Source of the DNA: Lama guanicoe
Lineage: Eukaryota
DNA length: 64,000 nt
Reading direction: 5' to 3'
Assembly: GCA_013239625.1 (NCBI GenBank)
Contig: MU054001.1
Coordinates: 3,636,167-3,700,166, forward strand
Part shown: piece by piece, positions 38,176 through 49,905 of the stretch
How the letters are laid out: the number at the start of each line of letters is the position of its first letter
Numbering within the stretch: the first letter of the stretch is position 1
Notes under the pieces: model-generated
Told to the model about the DNA's origin: nothing
Seen by the model: the letters and a program-made list of their open reading frames with translations, nothing else
Databases searched by the model: none
Translations under genes and position numbers: made by a program

Positions 38176-38459
38176 GAATGAAACCATCATACCTGGTAGG
38201 TTTTCTTATTATCCCAGAACTGTCGTGAGGATGGAGTGGGCATCTCCATGGAGCCCACAACATCTGTTAGATTAGCCGCACGATATGTCAGGTCTAAGCA
38301 ACACCCGTGTCTGCAGGAGCTGATAGTCTAGGGGAGAAGACACATCATGAACGATACTTTAAAAATATCATTTCAGGCCATGATAATGGCTATGAAAACT
38401 ATCATTGTTATGGAAAAAGGAAAAGAAGAAAGCAAAAGGTTGATAGAGCTGAGAGCTGT

Positions 38460-38848
38460 TTTAATTGTTTATTTTTTAATTTTTATTGAAGTATAGTCAA
38501 TTTACAATGTTGTGTTAGTTTCAGGTGTACAGTGTAGTGATTCAGTTATACATACATATTCTTTTTCATTATAGGTTATTACAAGATATGAAATATAGTT
38601 CCCTGTGCTATACTACAGGACCTTGTTGTTTATCTATTTTATATGTAGTAGTTTGTATCTGCTAATTCCAAACTCCTAATTTATCCCTCCCCTACCCTTT
38701 CCCCTCTGGTAACCATAAGGTTGTTTTCTATGTCTGTGAGTCTGTTTCTGTTTTGCAAATAAGTTCATTTGTATCATATTTAAGAATCCACATATAAGTG
38801 ATATCGTATGATATTTGTCTTTTTCTGTCTGACACTCTTATCCCACTG
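38460..38848 (-). mobile_element. L1 3' end, same family as 35230-35648
   Basis: tttattgaagtatagtcaatttacaatgttgtgttagtttcaggtgtacag...; flanked by gagctgttt on both sides (probable TSD). Confidence 0.88.
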
Positions 38849-38859
38849 ATGAGCTGTTT

Positions 38860-40040
38860 CAGACAGCATGGCTGGCAGAGGTCCACGGCTGGGGCTGACA
38901 CTTGAGCAGTGATTTGGAGGAGGCAATGGAGCAGAATGTGAGCCCTGCAGAGAGCCAGAGGCAGCAAGCACTGGGCCCCAGGCAGGAACCAGAAACTAGG
39001 AGCAATGTGTTTAGGAGGGAGGGAGGACGAGGTGGCAGGAGTGATGCTCAGACAGGTGAGAAGGGGCCAATTCATGTGCGATCTTATGAGCCACGATGAG
39101 GACTTCAGATTTTATTCTGGGCCTGTTAGGTTCCTAGGGCTGCTCTAGCAACGTACAACAAACTGAGTGGCTTAAAATAATAGAAATGTATTCCCCCACA
39201 GCTCTGGAGTCTGGAAAGCTGATGACAGGTTTTGGCTGGACCACATTCCCTCTGAAACTGGGTAGAATCTTTCCTAGGCTCTTCCTAGCAGAAGCTGTCA
39301 GTTCTTGGCTTGCTGCTTCATCATGCATATCCCTGTCTCTGACGACACATAGCGTTCTCCTTGTGTGTCTGTGGCTTCTTATAAGGACACCAGCCATACT
39401 GCATTAAGTTCCCATCCTACTTCACTGTGACCTCATCTTAACTAATTACATCTCAATTACCCTATTGCCAAAGAAGGTCCCATTCTGAAGTACTGGGGGG
39501 TCAGGACGTCAACATGTATTTTGGCGCAAAACAATTTAAACTGTAAAACTGGGTAACACAGGAAACCAGTGAAGGATTTGGAACAGTGTCCTGACATAAT
39601 CTGCCTTCTTTTGTAAAAAGATCATTCCACTTGCTAGATGCAAAGAAAACTCTAGAAGGCTGAGATGGAAGCTGGCATATACTTAGGAAGATGCTGCATT
39701 AGCCAGGTGAGCCACAGTTTCAGCTTGGACCAGGAGGGAGCCGTGGAGGAGGTGGGAGTGGCTGCAGTCTGGACCCGTTGTGAGGGAAGGCCTGAGAGGA
39801 TCTGCTGATGGATTAGATGTCATGTGGATGGCAAGAAATAATTGTTAGGATGGCTCCTTGTTTTCTGACCTGAGTATCTGGGTAGAATCGTGTGGCCGCT
39901 TACTGAGATCGTGACCAAAGGGACAGGGGCAGGTTTGTGGTGGGGTGGGGAACTGTGATTCCAGAATCCTTCTTGGTACAAGTTAAGTTGGAGCTGCCTA
40001 TTAGACATGCAAGTGGAGATGCTGCAGAGAGAATGGGACC
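38860..40040 (-). mobile_element. L2 LINE body, interrupted by MLT1C
   Basis: gaggacttcagattttattct before the LTR; resumes ggaaaccagtgaaggatttgga...tttctgacctgag...ctgcctattagacatgcaagtggagatg. Confidence 0.7.
39124..39549 (-). mobile_element. MLT1C-type MaLR LTR
   Basis: tagggctgct...caaactgagtggcttaaaa...cttataaggacaccagcc...tgacctcatcttaactaattacatct. Confidence 0.88.
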
Positions 40041-40380
40041 CTCAAACTCAATGCATCCAAAACCCAACACATCACCTCTGGTCTCAAGCCAGCTCCTCCT
40101 CTAGTTCCGTGTCTCAGCTACTGGTCGCATCACCCATCCAGATGCCCAGGCAGAATTCTAGGGACCACCCCAGCCTCTAATGTGTCACCAAGTCCTGGGG
40201 ATTCTGCCTGTTACGTGTTCCTTAAATCCATTCACAGGTCTCCGTCTCCACCATCCTGGCCGCCTTCCTCTCCTGCCCAGGTGACCACAGTGGCCTCGAT
40301 GTTCTCCCTGCTCTAAGTCTTGCTCCTTTCTAACCCACTGTCCATCCTGCAACTGGAAGTTGATTACTAAAGATAAAAGG
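40040..40380 (+). mobile_element. L2 LINE fragment, opposite orientation to its neighbour
   Basis: cctcaaactcaatgcatccaaaacccaac...catcacccatccagatgcccagg...gtcaccaagtcctg. Confidence 0.6.
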
Positions 40381-40679
40381 GAACGTTTCTGGGTACCTTC
40401 CTTCAGCTGATGGTGTCAGATAGAGAGGCTGGCTCAAGGAAGATTAGGTGGAATTTCACATGCACACATCATTGCATAGAGGGAGTTCTGCAATGACCAC
40501 ATCTGTAGTACCTGGACCTTGAAACCCAAAGTCCCAGGTTCAAGTCCTGACTCCCAGCCTTCTTGGCTGATGACTGTGGTTGGGTGACCCCAGAACGTGC
40601 TGTCCTGACTGATGAAAGGGCTGCTGTTGATGATGATGGCAGAGCAATGGGCACGCATTGCTCGGTCGTGGGCTGACCA

Positions 40680-40860
40680 CAGTGTACAATTGCCCTAGAT
40701 GCTGGGCAGGTTATTAAATCTCTCTGAACCTCAGGTTCCTCAAGGGCAAAGGAGGATAACCATGTCTAAGTAGGAAGGTTGCCTGAAGATGCAACAAGGC
40801 AATGCATGTGCAGACACCTAGGAGGGCGTCCCGCACGTAAGCAAGTACTCACGACTGACC
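40680..40860 (+). mobile_element. MIR SINE
   Basis: gggcaggttattaaatctctctgaacctcagg...gcacgtaagcaagtactc. Confidence 0.7.
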
Positions 40861-41061
40861 TGCCGCAAAGAACCACCGAAAGCCCTTGTCACACACAACC
40901 ATGCCAACTGTCCCCGCAACATTTTTCGATTGGAAGAAGAGCAATTCTGGGAAACTACAGTCATTTGAAGTTCCCCTTCATTATTAATTTTATAGAGAGT
41001 TATTTTGTGGTTCTGGGTTTTTTTTTTCTTTTTTTTTTTTTTTGTTTTTAGTTTTGTTCAA

Positions 41062-41121
41062 NNNNNNNNNNNNNNNNNNNNNNNNNNNNNNNNNNNNNNN
41101 NNNNNNNNNNNNNNNNNNNNN
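41062..41121. other. Assembly gap (60 N) between poly-T tracts
   Basis: Run of n, flanked by T homopolymers. Confidence 1.
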
Positions 41122-42589
41122 NTTTTTTTTTTTTTGGTAATTAGATGCTGTAAAAAATTTTTAGTGATTTTCTCTTCTTTGTAATTAGAAATAGCGATTA
41201 GGGTATCTTTTATATTACATGGCATTTTTCCTTTAAACAATTGTATACATTTTGTATTCTTTGCTTTTCTCCATACAGACTTTAATGAGAATGGATTCAT
41301 TGTGTACCATAATTTGCTATTATTATAGTGTGTCATGAAAATGAGTTATTTCCGTCACAGAAATATAATGCCCAGTGTAATGTATTTTTCTTTTTTCTTT
41401 TTTTTCTTTTTTTGCTGGTGGGTTTTTATTTTTTCCCTCTAGGGACAGGGGAAATGTGTTTGCCAAGTTTAGAACCCACTTGAACTTGAAAGGCTGGGGA
41501 TTTGCAAGGGGAATTCAGGCTTTCTGGAGTCTGAAAGTATTCTCTTTGCTTCCATACAGAGTAAAGCAGAAGGTTGTGGAGAGGTGGTTTTCCAGGTTTC
41601 ATTAAAAAACACACAGGATTCTAAACTGTTGATTTCCAGAAAATTACATCTGTTCAAGCCAGGCACTGAGAAGCCAGAGCAGCTTGTTTCTTAAGACTTG
41701 AGCAAGCTGGGTCATAGCTCAGGTTTGACAGGAAACCAGAAGCATCTCTGGAAATCCACTGTTTCTCTGTGCTGCCCGATGCAGACCACCCGCCCAGGAG
41801 ACGCTCCACACCAGTTGTAGGTGGCACAGCCTGGTCAGCCCACAGAATGTGTCAGCCCAGGCTGGGGATGGTGGCCTGTCTGCTCTGACCTTCCAGAGCC
41901 ACAGCAGGAAGGGGGAGGACATTATCCCTACCCTGAAGAGCGAGATGGGTGCCCAGTGGCTGAGCCACATCCACACTCCTGCCTACTGATGACAGGATGC
42001 TCAGCAGAGGTCACTCCCCGGGGCAAAGATATAATTTGGACATTGCTTCCAGGTTCTAGGCAGGTGGGGGTACCACAGAAATAGAGCAGCCATAGTTAGC
42101 CTGGGGAGTTCTCTGTGCTGTGATATCTCACAGCCCTGGTTAGGGTGAGTACCATGGACTGGATCACGAGGGCCATGACACAAGTGCCCGTGGGCGGTGG
42201 GTGCCGGCAGGATGGCATATGCCTAAAGGGTACCTGGAGAGCTTCCGACAGCCCTCCTCACACAGGTGCGGGCAACAGTAGTTCTGGAAGTACCCCCACC
42301 TCCAGTGTGCTGGTGAAGCATGGGGCTTGCAGGGGCTCATTATATATGTTGGAGAGGCAGCCCCCGAGCTGGCCCTCTTCCCATACCAAGCAAGAGAACT
42401 CGTCTTTCCTTGGAGATCAGAGGCAGGGTCCCAGGTTGCTACATGATAACAGCCCTCCCTCTGTCCTATAGTTTCTCACTTGCAAACTTCATCTTACCTC
42501 CTTCAACTCTCCCCACAGCCCTGGGAGACCACCCTTGGGGAAAATCCTTCCCATTTTATGGAGAGAACCAGGATCTGCCAGCAAATCAC

Positions 42590-42745
42590 CAGAGTTCAAA
42601 TTCCAGCCCTGCCACCTACTAGCCGTGACCTTGGGCAAACTACCTAACTCCGTGATACCTCAGCTTCCCCATCTGGAATCAGGGATGATCACTGCATCAA
42701 CCTCCTGGGATCTTTATGAGGATGAAATGAGCTCATTCAGGGAAA
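42590..42745 (+). mobile_element. MIR SINE
   Basis: gagttcaaattccagccctgccacctactagccgtgaccttgggcaaactacctaac...gaggatgaaatgag. Confidence 0.85.
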
Positions 42746-43329
42746 GCCCCGGGGGTCACTCCCAGGTGCAGCTGCCCCACGGGTGCGTTGTACAAAGTGC
42801 CCGGTCGGGGGAGACGGGGTGGCGACCTCCCCAAAGACAAACCTTGCACCTGTGAGCTTGTGCCTGCCCAGAGAGGGTACTTTTCCTAATTCATCCTCCG
42901 AGATCAGTGCCTTTTCCTCGCTCCTGACGAGATTCGCGGTGGCTAACAATGGCCTGACCCTAGAATGCCAATGCAGTCAAGGTGCTCAATGAATGTTAGT
43001 TATTAGGGTTTTTAGTCCCTCAGATATTCTTCTGCCTCCTGCTCAAGCTGTCTTCTGGGAAGGAAGGAGAAAAGCCAAGTGCAGTTGCTGAATCCAGAGG
43101 GAAAGGGTGTGATGCGGCCCCCACTGGGTCTTTTCAGTAGATCCCTGTAAATAGCCCAGAGCTTGGACCTGGGATCCCCGACTCTCAGCTGCCTGGGGAT
43201 CAGCCTAGATTTCCCACACCTCCCACCCTTCCCTGCAGGCGAGCAGAACACAGCCCTGGCCCCGCAGTCTGTTCACCTGGATCTTAGAACAATTCCCTCT
43301 GGCTTCCCCTCTCTTCCCAGCTGAGGGCT

Positions 43330-43900
43330 CATATTTAAGCAGGGCAAAGTGACATTCCATCATTAACACCTAATGCGGGTGTACTGAGTTGTGTAAACTC
43401 GCTCCCTGGTGCAGAGCCCTGTCCCCACCCATGCCTGGTGCCCCCTCCTCCATATAATTGTTTTCGCTCCCCTAAATTCAGATGTAATTCGAGCCGGAGA
43501 AATCACGGCTGGATTACATCTGCAGCCAGGGAATTATTAGTATGACTTTTTGGCGGCGTGACAGTGATGTTTCGACAATCTATACATATTGATTTAGGTC
43601 GATAATAAACAATTTGATTAGCCTCCCCGTCCCTGGGCTGTCATTTCAATCACTGACAGGGGCCCAGCAGAGTGGAAGGGAGGCAGCACACACAAGTGGC
43701 AAGGATGCTCAAAATAAGAAACTCCGTCCTGATTAGAGGCCTGGCTTCAGTGAATTGGACAAGACAGCTCAGCTGCCACGTTATTAACTCCCTGGGAAAA
43801 TACTCGGCCAGTCCCCGGGGCCAGCCCGCATATTCTGATGTGGATCGATAAGCAATCTCCGGTGTATATGGAATTCAGACTCGAATCATTTGTCTCCGGC
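43330..43900. promoter_or_regulatory. Candidate conserved non-coding element / enhancer
   Basis: Repeat-free, AT-rich with retained CpGs; TGACAG/CTGTCA x3, TCAATCA, TAAACAAT, many TAAT. Confidence 0.6.
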
Positions 43901-44594
43901 TCCTTTTTCCAAAGGGAGCCCAGTGGTCAGACCTGGCTTGGCGCCCCACCCCCACCCCCACTCCCACTCACCCACACTCCCCTTTTAACTAATGACCTGC
44001 TGCAGAGGAGGCCAGAGAGCGGAAACCTCTTCCATCATCCAGAGAGGCTCTCTCAGGTGGGCCTAATGATGGTAATGGGCTCCTTTCAATTTTTTAAAAA
44101 TGATGCCCGCCCTGATGTCTTGGGGGTGAATTTGTGTAAGTGATGGGCACGCCCCTCTATGACAGATAGACCGATGTCGGAGTAATGGACGCCCCCTCCC
44201 AGACAGTGTCCACACCTGATGGTGACACTGTAATAGGGCAGGAAAATGACCCTTCATCCAGGTCTCAGTGAGGGAGACAGAAGAGTGGGTGCCACCCAAG
44301 GGTGCTGGTGGCCTGGACTGGGGCTGGTACAGGACAGAAGAGGTTACACCGCAGAGGTTCCAGGGCTCCCGGTGAGTTGGTTTCTTGGGCTACTGGTCAC
44401 CAGTTGATGGAGCTCCCTGTGCTACAGCAGGCCTTCTGGACCATTAGACACCACGCCCTTCGGTTACGGGTGGAAACTGAAGAGCACAGAAGGCAGGGGA
44501 CACACAGGGGACACAGGGCAAGCCAGCTGTTGGCAGGGACCCTGGCTGTCCTTGCTCCCCACAGTCGGGAAGGCATTATAGTTAGTGGGAATGG

Positions 44595-44790
44595 CAGGCT
44601 CTGGGTCAGGGAAATCGAGGGGTCACCTCTGGTGAGTTACTTCACCTTTTGGAACTTTCGTTTCTCCATAGGTAAAATGAGGCTACTAGCACTTACCTTG
44701 CATATGTGTGGTAAGAATGTAACAAAATAATGCAGAGAGGAGGTCTAGCACAGTGCTGGTGACATAAAAGATGCTCAATAAACAGTTATT
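44595..44790 (+). mobile_element. MIR SINE
   Basis: gtttctccataggtaaaatgagg...ctagcacagtgctggtgacat...gctcaataaac. Confidence 0.75.
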
Positions 44791-44968
44791 ATATTTGGTA
44801 TCAACAAATACAGTAAGTTTACACACTTTGATTTACATGTTATTATTACCTTTTATCATCAGACCACCCTCTTTTGAAAAATGAGATCTCAAAAACCCAG
44901 TGTGTGACCTAAACAAAAGCAGTGACTCTGCCTGAGGGTGAGGCTGGAAAAGAGGGCTTCCCGCAGCT

Positions 44969-45036
44969 GGCCACACCCAGCCGGCCACACCCATGAGGCC
45001 ACGCCCTGTCCACGCCCTCCTAGCCACGCCCCCTCC
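44969..45036. promoter_or_regulatory. Homotypic array of five KLF/SP-type CCAC(A/G)CCC boxes
   Basis: ggccacaccc 44969 and 44983; ggccacgccc 44997; gtccacgccc 45008; agccacgccc 45022. Confidence 0.55.
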
Positions 45037-45459
45037 CATCAACTCCATCTCTGCGGAGCACTGAGGGCTCTCTGCAATCAGTCCAGAAACTATGCGGTGG
45101 AAAGATGATGACATCAGGAGGCACGAGGACAGGCTTCTGCCCCCAGCTGTAAGATGCTTGGCGTGTTCCTCTCTAGAGGTCCCTGTTTCCCCAGCTGTAA
45201 AATAAGGGTGGACGGGGCATCCCTGAGGGCACCTCAGCTCCTAGGTCCTGTACACCTGTGGAGGGAATGCTCTATAATCTGTAGATTCGACAACACTGAA
45301 TAGTTAGAACACCAGTGCGACAGAGCCCTGGTCTCCCTGGCCATGGCCTTACGGTCTTCAAGAAGGTCAGGGGGCGGGGCCTGGATCCCCCTTCCCCACA
45401 GAGCGGCCGGGATCTCCACCCGGGGAGCCTGTGTCCCGAAGAAAAACAAGCAAAGGGCA

Positions 45460-46512
45460 GTATCAGAATTGGATTTGGCTGTGAGAAACAAAGACTTAAA
45501 ATAACAAGACTTAAACAAGATCAGTCTTTATCTCTCTTTTACATAAAAGCCAGGAAGTTGGCTGTCCAGGCCTGGGGTGGCTGACTGCTCAGCTGCGTGA
45601 AGTGCTCAGGGACCCGGTTTCCTCCCAGCTCACTGTCCACCGTCCCTAGGGTCTTGGGGCTGATTTGCCTTCATGTTCCAAGATGGCAGCCCCTAGATCC
45701 ATGTTCCAGGAAGTAAAATGGAGGGAGGGTCAAAACAGATTGGGGCAAAGGGTGCATACCAATTCTTTTTTCAATTAATAGATTTTTAATGAGTTTCAGA
45801 TTTACAGAAAAATTGTGAAGATAGTATAGGGAGTTCTCACAACAGCCACATCGCGATTCCCCATTGTTAACATCTTGTATAAGTAAAGTATGTTTGTCAA
45901 CACGAATGAACCAATATTGATACATTATTAACAACTGAAGTCCATACTTTATAAGATTCAGTTTTTATCTAATATCGTTTTTCTGTTCCTGTTTCCAGCT
46001 CTCATCTAAGATACCACAATGCATTTAGTTGTCATGTCTTCTTAGGCTCCTCTTGGCTGTGATAGTTTCTCAGACTTGCCTTACTTTTCAGTTTTGAGGA
46101 GCACTGGTTGAGCAGCTTGCAGAATATCCTTCAATTGGAATCTGTTCAATGTTTTTCTCACGATTAAACTAGAGTTATGGGTTTGGGAGAGGAAGACCAC
46201 AGACAAAAAGTATCATTCTCATCCCATCATAAGAACATCTTGGTTGCTTCTGGTTTTTAATGATCATGAGTAAAGCTGATATAAACATCTGCATATAGGT
46301 TTTTGTGCAAGTCTTTTTAAAAGATGGTTCTTAGAATTAGCTTGGCAAAATTTCGCCTATACCATAAGTTAAATTTAGTCACCTGGCGTACATTTCTACA
46401 AGGGAGGCTGGTAAGAGTAGGCTTTATTCTGCACTCAGATAAAGTGTAGGAATTTTCTTACTATGGAAGAAGGGAGAGAAGAGAGATGGCAGACAACCAT
46501 CAGTCTCAGCCA
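45460..46512 (-). mobile_element. Old MLT1 (J/K/L-type) LTR split by an L1 insertion
   Basis: acttaaacaagat...cagggacccggtttcctcc...ccaagatggc before the L1; tagtcacctggc...caagggaggctgg...cagtctcagcca after it. Confidence 0.7.
45765..46310 (-). mobile_element. L1MC/L1MD-type 3' fragment
   Basis: tttcagatttacagaaaaattg...aatgaaccaatattgatacattatta...catttagttgtcatgtc...ggctcctcttggctgtga. Confidence 0.8.
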
Positions 46513-46691
46513 AGGGACATAGGCCAAGGAAGGAGGTAGCATGGAGAAGGCAGGAAGGAGAAAATGAACTTCAAGTACCCAACCCCCTTTCACTTAGGGA
46601 ATCAAGAAAAGGCAGGCCAACTGACACTGAACTGTAAAAGTCTTGTGGTTGGAAAATGTTCAATAACTCACTCATTCAAAAAGATGTACTG

Positions 46692-47200
46692 ATGGTACAT
46701 TGGAACAATGGAATATAATTCAGCGCTAAAAAAGAAATGAGCGATCAAGCCATGAAAAGCCCTGGAGGAAACTGAAATGCGTATGACTAAGTGAAGGAAG
46801 CCAATCTGAAAAGGCTCCATATGGTATGATTCCAACTGTATGACATTCTGGAAAAGGCAAAACTACAGAGGCAGTAAAAAAACAAAGTCAATTGTTGCCA
46901 GGCATTGGAGGAGGGAGAGATGAATAACTGGAGCACAGAGGATTTTTAGGGCAGTGAATTTGTCATTATGAATTTGTGCAAACCCATAGGATGTATAACA
47001 CCGAGAGTGAGGTCTAATGTAATATAAATTATGGACCCCTGGGTGATAATGATGAGTCATTGTAGGTTCATCACTTGTAACAAATGTACCATTCTGCTGG
47101 GGATGTTGATAATAGAGGAGTTTATGTATATGAGGTATCAGTATATGGCTCTCAATTAGGCTGTGAACCTAAAGTCTAAAAAATTTAAGTTAAAAAAAAA
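46692..47200 (+). mobile_element. L1MC1-type 3' end
   Basis: aagccaatctgaaaaggct...tatgattccaactgtatgacattctggaaaaggcaaaacta...cacagaggatttttagggcagtgaa...A tail. Confidence 0.88.
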
Positions 47201-48639
47201 TGTATCAAGCATCTCAGGGGACAAAGTGGAAATGGTCCATTGCTGTCCTGAGGTTTATAGCCTCGTGATGAGAGTCTAACAATATTTAGAGTCAGAAAAA
47301 AATATTTTGAAGCTCTGAGATCTCTTAACAGGACAGGCAGGAAGTCTGCCGAGGTTCCTACAATGCCAAGATCCACGAATCATTCTCTAAGTGTGATCAG
47401 ATTTGTAATTGCTGGTTTTAGTAGCTGACCTTCTAAGAATTGTTCATTGGTGTCTAAGTTTCCTGCACAGGAAGCCATTTCCTTGGGCCGGAAAACCCGA
47501 TGTTCAGCTCTGCGGGTTTGGCGAGGGGCTCTCATGGAGGTGGAAGATCTCTTCTAGATGAAATTCTGTCTCTTGCTTCCCTGGTTCTCGAGGACTTCCA
47601 AGAATTTTCCTGGGAAATATTTTTGATGCCATTTCTGAAACCGATGGGGATTACCTGGAACTGCCTGTAGGTATAGGCAAAGTTTTACTCTGGGTGGAAT
47701 TAAGCACTTTAAGATATTTGTCTCTTTGTGTTCATTTATAAAGCTTCCCAGTGATGCCAAGTGGTGTTTCTCAATAAAGGAATAGGCAAGCTTGAGTCTT
47801 CCTAGACTCCCATCTTCAAGATGCCTCTAACGTGTATTGTGACATCAGAGGAGTTTCCTCAGGACCCAGGGCCTGAGGCTGAAGGTGCTCAGCGATATAA
47901 AGAACAGGGTGAGGGCAGGGCCTCCCAGGCATTACTCAGGGCTGATGAGCATGGCAGGGGAAGCCTAGGTTCTCAAAGGAGTTGGTGGCTCCGCCATGTT
48001 GTGAATCAATACAAATAAACACATATAGAAATTTTACCTGCACTGCCCTTGCTAGGAAGCCTGACAAAACTGGGGCCCAACCATCTCTAGACAGTCTCAA
48101 AACACATAATATGATATTTCTGACTCTTCATTCCCGAACTGAAGATTGATTCTCTCTGTCTCCTTTGTGCCCCATAATAACTCATAGCTCACAGGACAAC
48201 TGTAGCATTTACATTGCATCTTGCTTTCTCCTGTTGTGAACTGTATGCAGGTTTGCCTCCTAACTAGATGTAAACTGGTCCAGGGTCTTGGATGTGGTCC
48301 CCTTTGCCTTCTCCAGGATGCTTTGTGTTTAGCACCTGCCTGTGGTATGCCGCCCAAAGACCAAACCTTCCTACTTACCTAGTCACGTGATCTGGGACCA
48401 GCTGCTGAATTCAACTGAGCCTTACTTCTTCATCTATCCCAATGGGCTAGCATCCTCCCAGGGTATGTGTAAGCCGTAAATGATATAAGAGATCACAATG
48501 CTGTGCACCATGACTGTTCCATAGCAAATGGCGAGAAAGCACGGGGTGGAAATAAAAACAGACGCTCCTGAGTGTCAAAGGGCTGAATGCATGCGTGCGT
48601 GAATGTTTCTCTCCGGGATAGTACAGGCAGTTAACAAGA

Positions 48640-49800
48640 AAAGGCTGGCATTCTGTTAATTCCCATTAATATCCTCAGAGGGTGTCGGGCGGGGAAGAAG
48701 ATGGACTGGCTGGCTTTGCAACCCAATCAGATCCCAGTTTTATCTCCTTTGCTACAGCTTTATTGTCGTGAAATATGTGCGCTCTAGCCGAGGGCAATCA
48801 CCCTAAACAGACAATGCAGGAGGCATGAGATGCCAGTGGGGGTTTTCAGAGCGTCTGCCCTGGACGCCCAGCTCCAGGCCGTTATGGCTTATGTATTAAG
48901 ACTGCCCACAGATGTGATTGTGGGTAGCCCACTGATGGATATTTGCCGCGGTTAGACTGCATTAGACTCGATTTATCCCCCAGCACTCATTGTTGCTATT
49001 GATTGATTTTTAAATTAGATGAAGGCAATCAGTAAATACCACCCAATCAAGTTCTAAAAACATACAGGAGATTAGACAATTTAGGGTAATCAATGGAAAT
49101 ATTCCTTGATTTGCTACCACTCAATTTTGGTCATGAATTACAACTATAACCTGCAAGTTAGTAAGCTATAAAGCAAGTGGATGTGACAAGAAAAACTATA
49201 AGAAATGAATTAAGGGGCTGGGGAAGAGCCACGGATGTTGTCCGATAATGAGGCAAAATGACTTCCCTCATATCTTGCATTTCTTGCTGGGTCTCGCCAC
49301 CAGTGTTAAGTCAGGACCTAGAGGAGAGCTCAAGATTTGCCTGGCTTTTTAAACCAAAATAAATAAATAAATAAAAAATTTTTTAAAAATTGGGGGAGGG
49401 GGAACGGCTGGAAAATTTGTGTGTGATGGAAATAAAACACAATAGTCATTCTTCTAACAGACGAGTTCGAACTATAACTGATCAACCTAGTTTTGCAATT
49501 GCTAACAAATGTCGTGTAATTTTAGGCTCCAAACCCCACAGTTTGTTAAAACCCTCACCTACCTCACAGACACTCTCAAATGCTAATTTGATAATCACAC
49601 TTCTGTACTGTCGTTTCGTACAAAGTCTAAAATGTAGCAATAATGAAATGTAATTTTAGACCAGAACTTCGTACTCTTAAAAGCTCTAATTATCTGATGG
49701 GACAATCTGCCCATCTTCCATATTTTGAAGAGACACACATTCAGACTGGTTTTTATTTTTCTCCACCTGACAGGCATATGATATAGAAGAAGTAAGTTTG
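48640..49800. promoter_or_regulatory. Candidate conserved non-coding block(s)
   Basis: About 1.1 kb with no recognisable repeat; TGATGGAT 48933, TGATTGAT 49000, CCAATCA x2, many TAAT. Confidence 0.5.
49774..49791 (+). other. Candidate 18-nt micro-exon (phase 0: AYDIEE)
   Basis: tttttatttttctccacctgacag|GCATATGATATAGAAGAA|gtaagt. Confidence 0.3.
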
Positions 49801-49854
49801 TTTTCAGGAGTTCATGGTTTCATAGCCAAGGCAGCGATCCCACAGCAGCTGATT

Positions 49855-49905
49855 TTCATTCATTGATTCATTCATTGATTCATTCATTCATTGACTCATT
49901 CATTG
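49855..49905. repeat. (TTCA)n-like repeat (L2-tail type)
   Basis: ttcattcattgattcattcattgattcattcattcattgactcattcatt. Confidence 0.85.
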
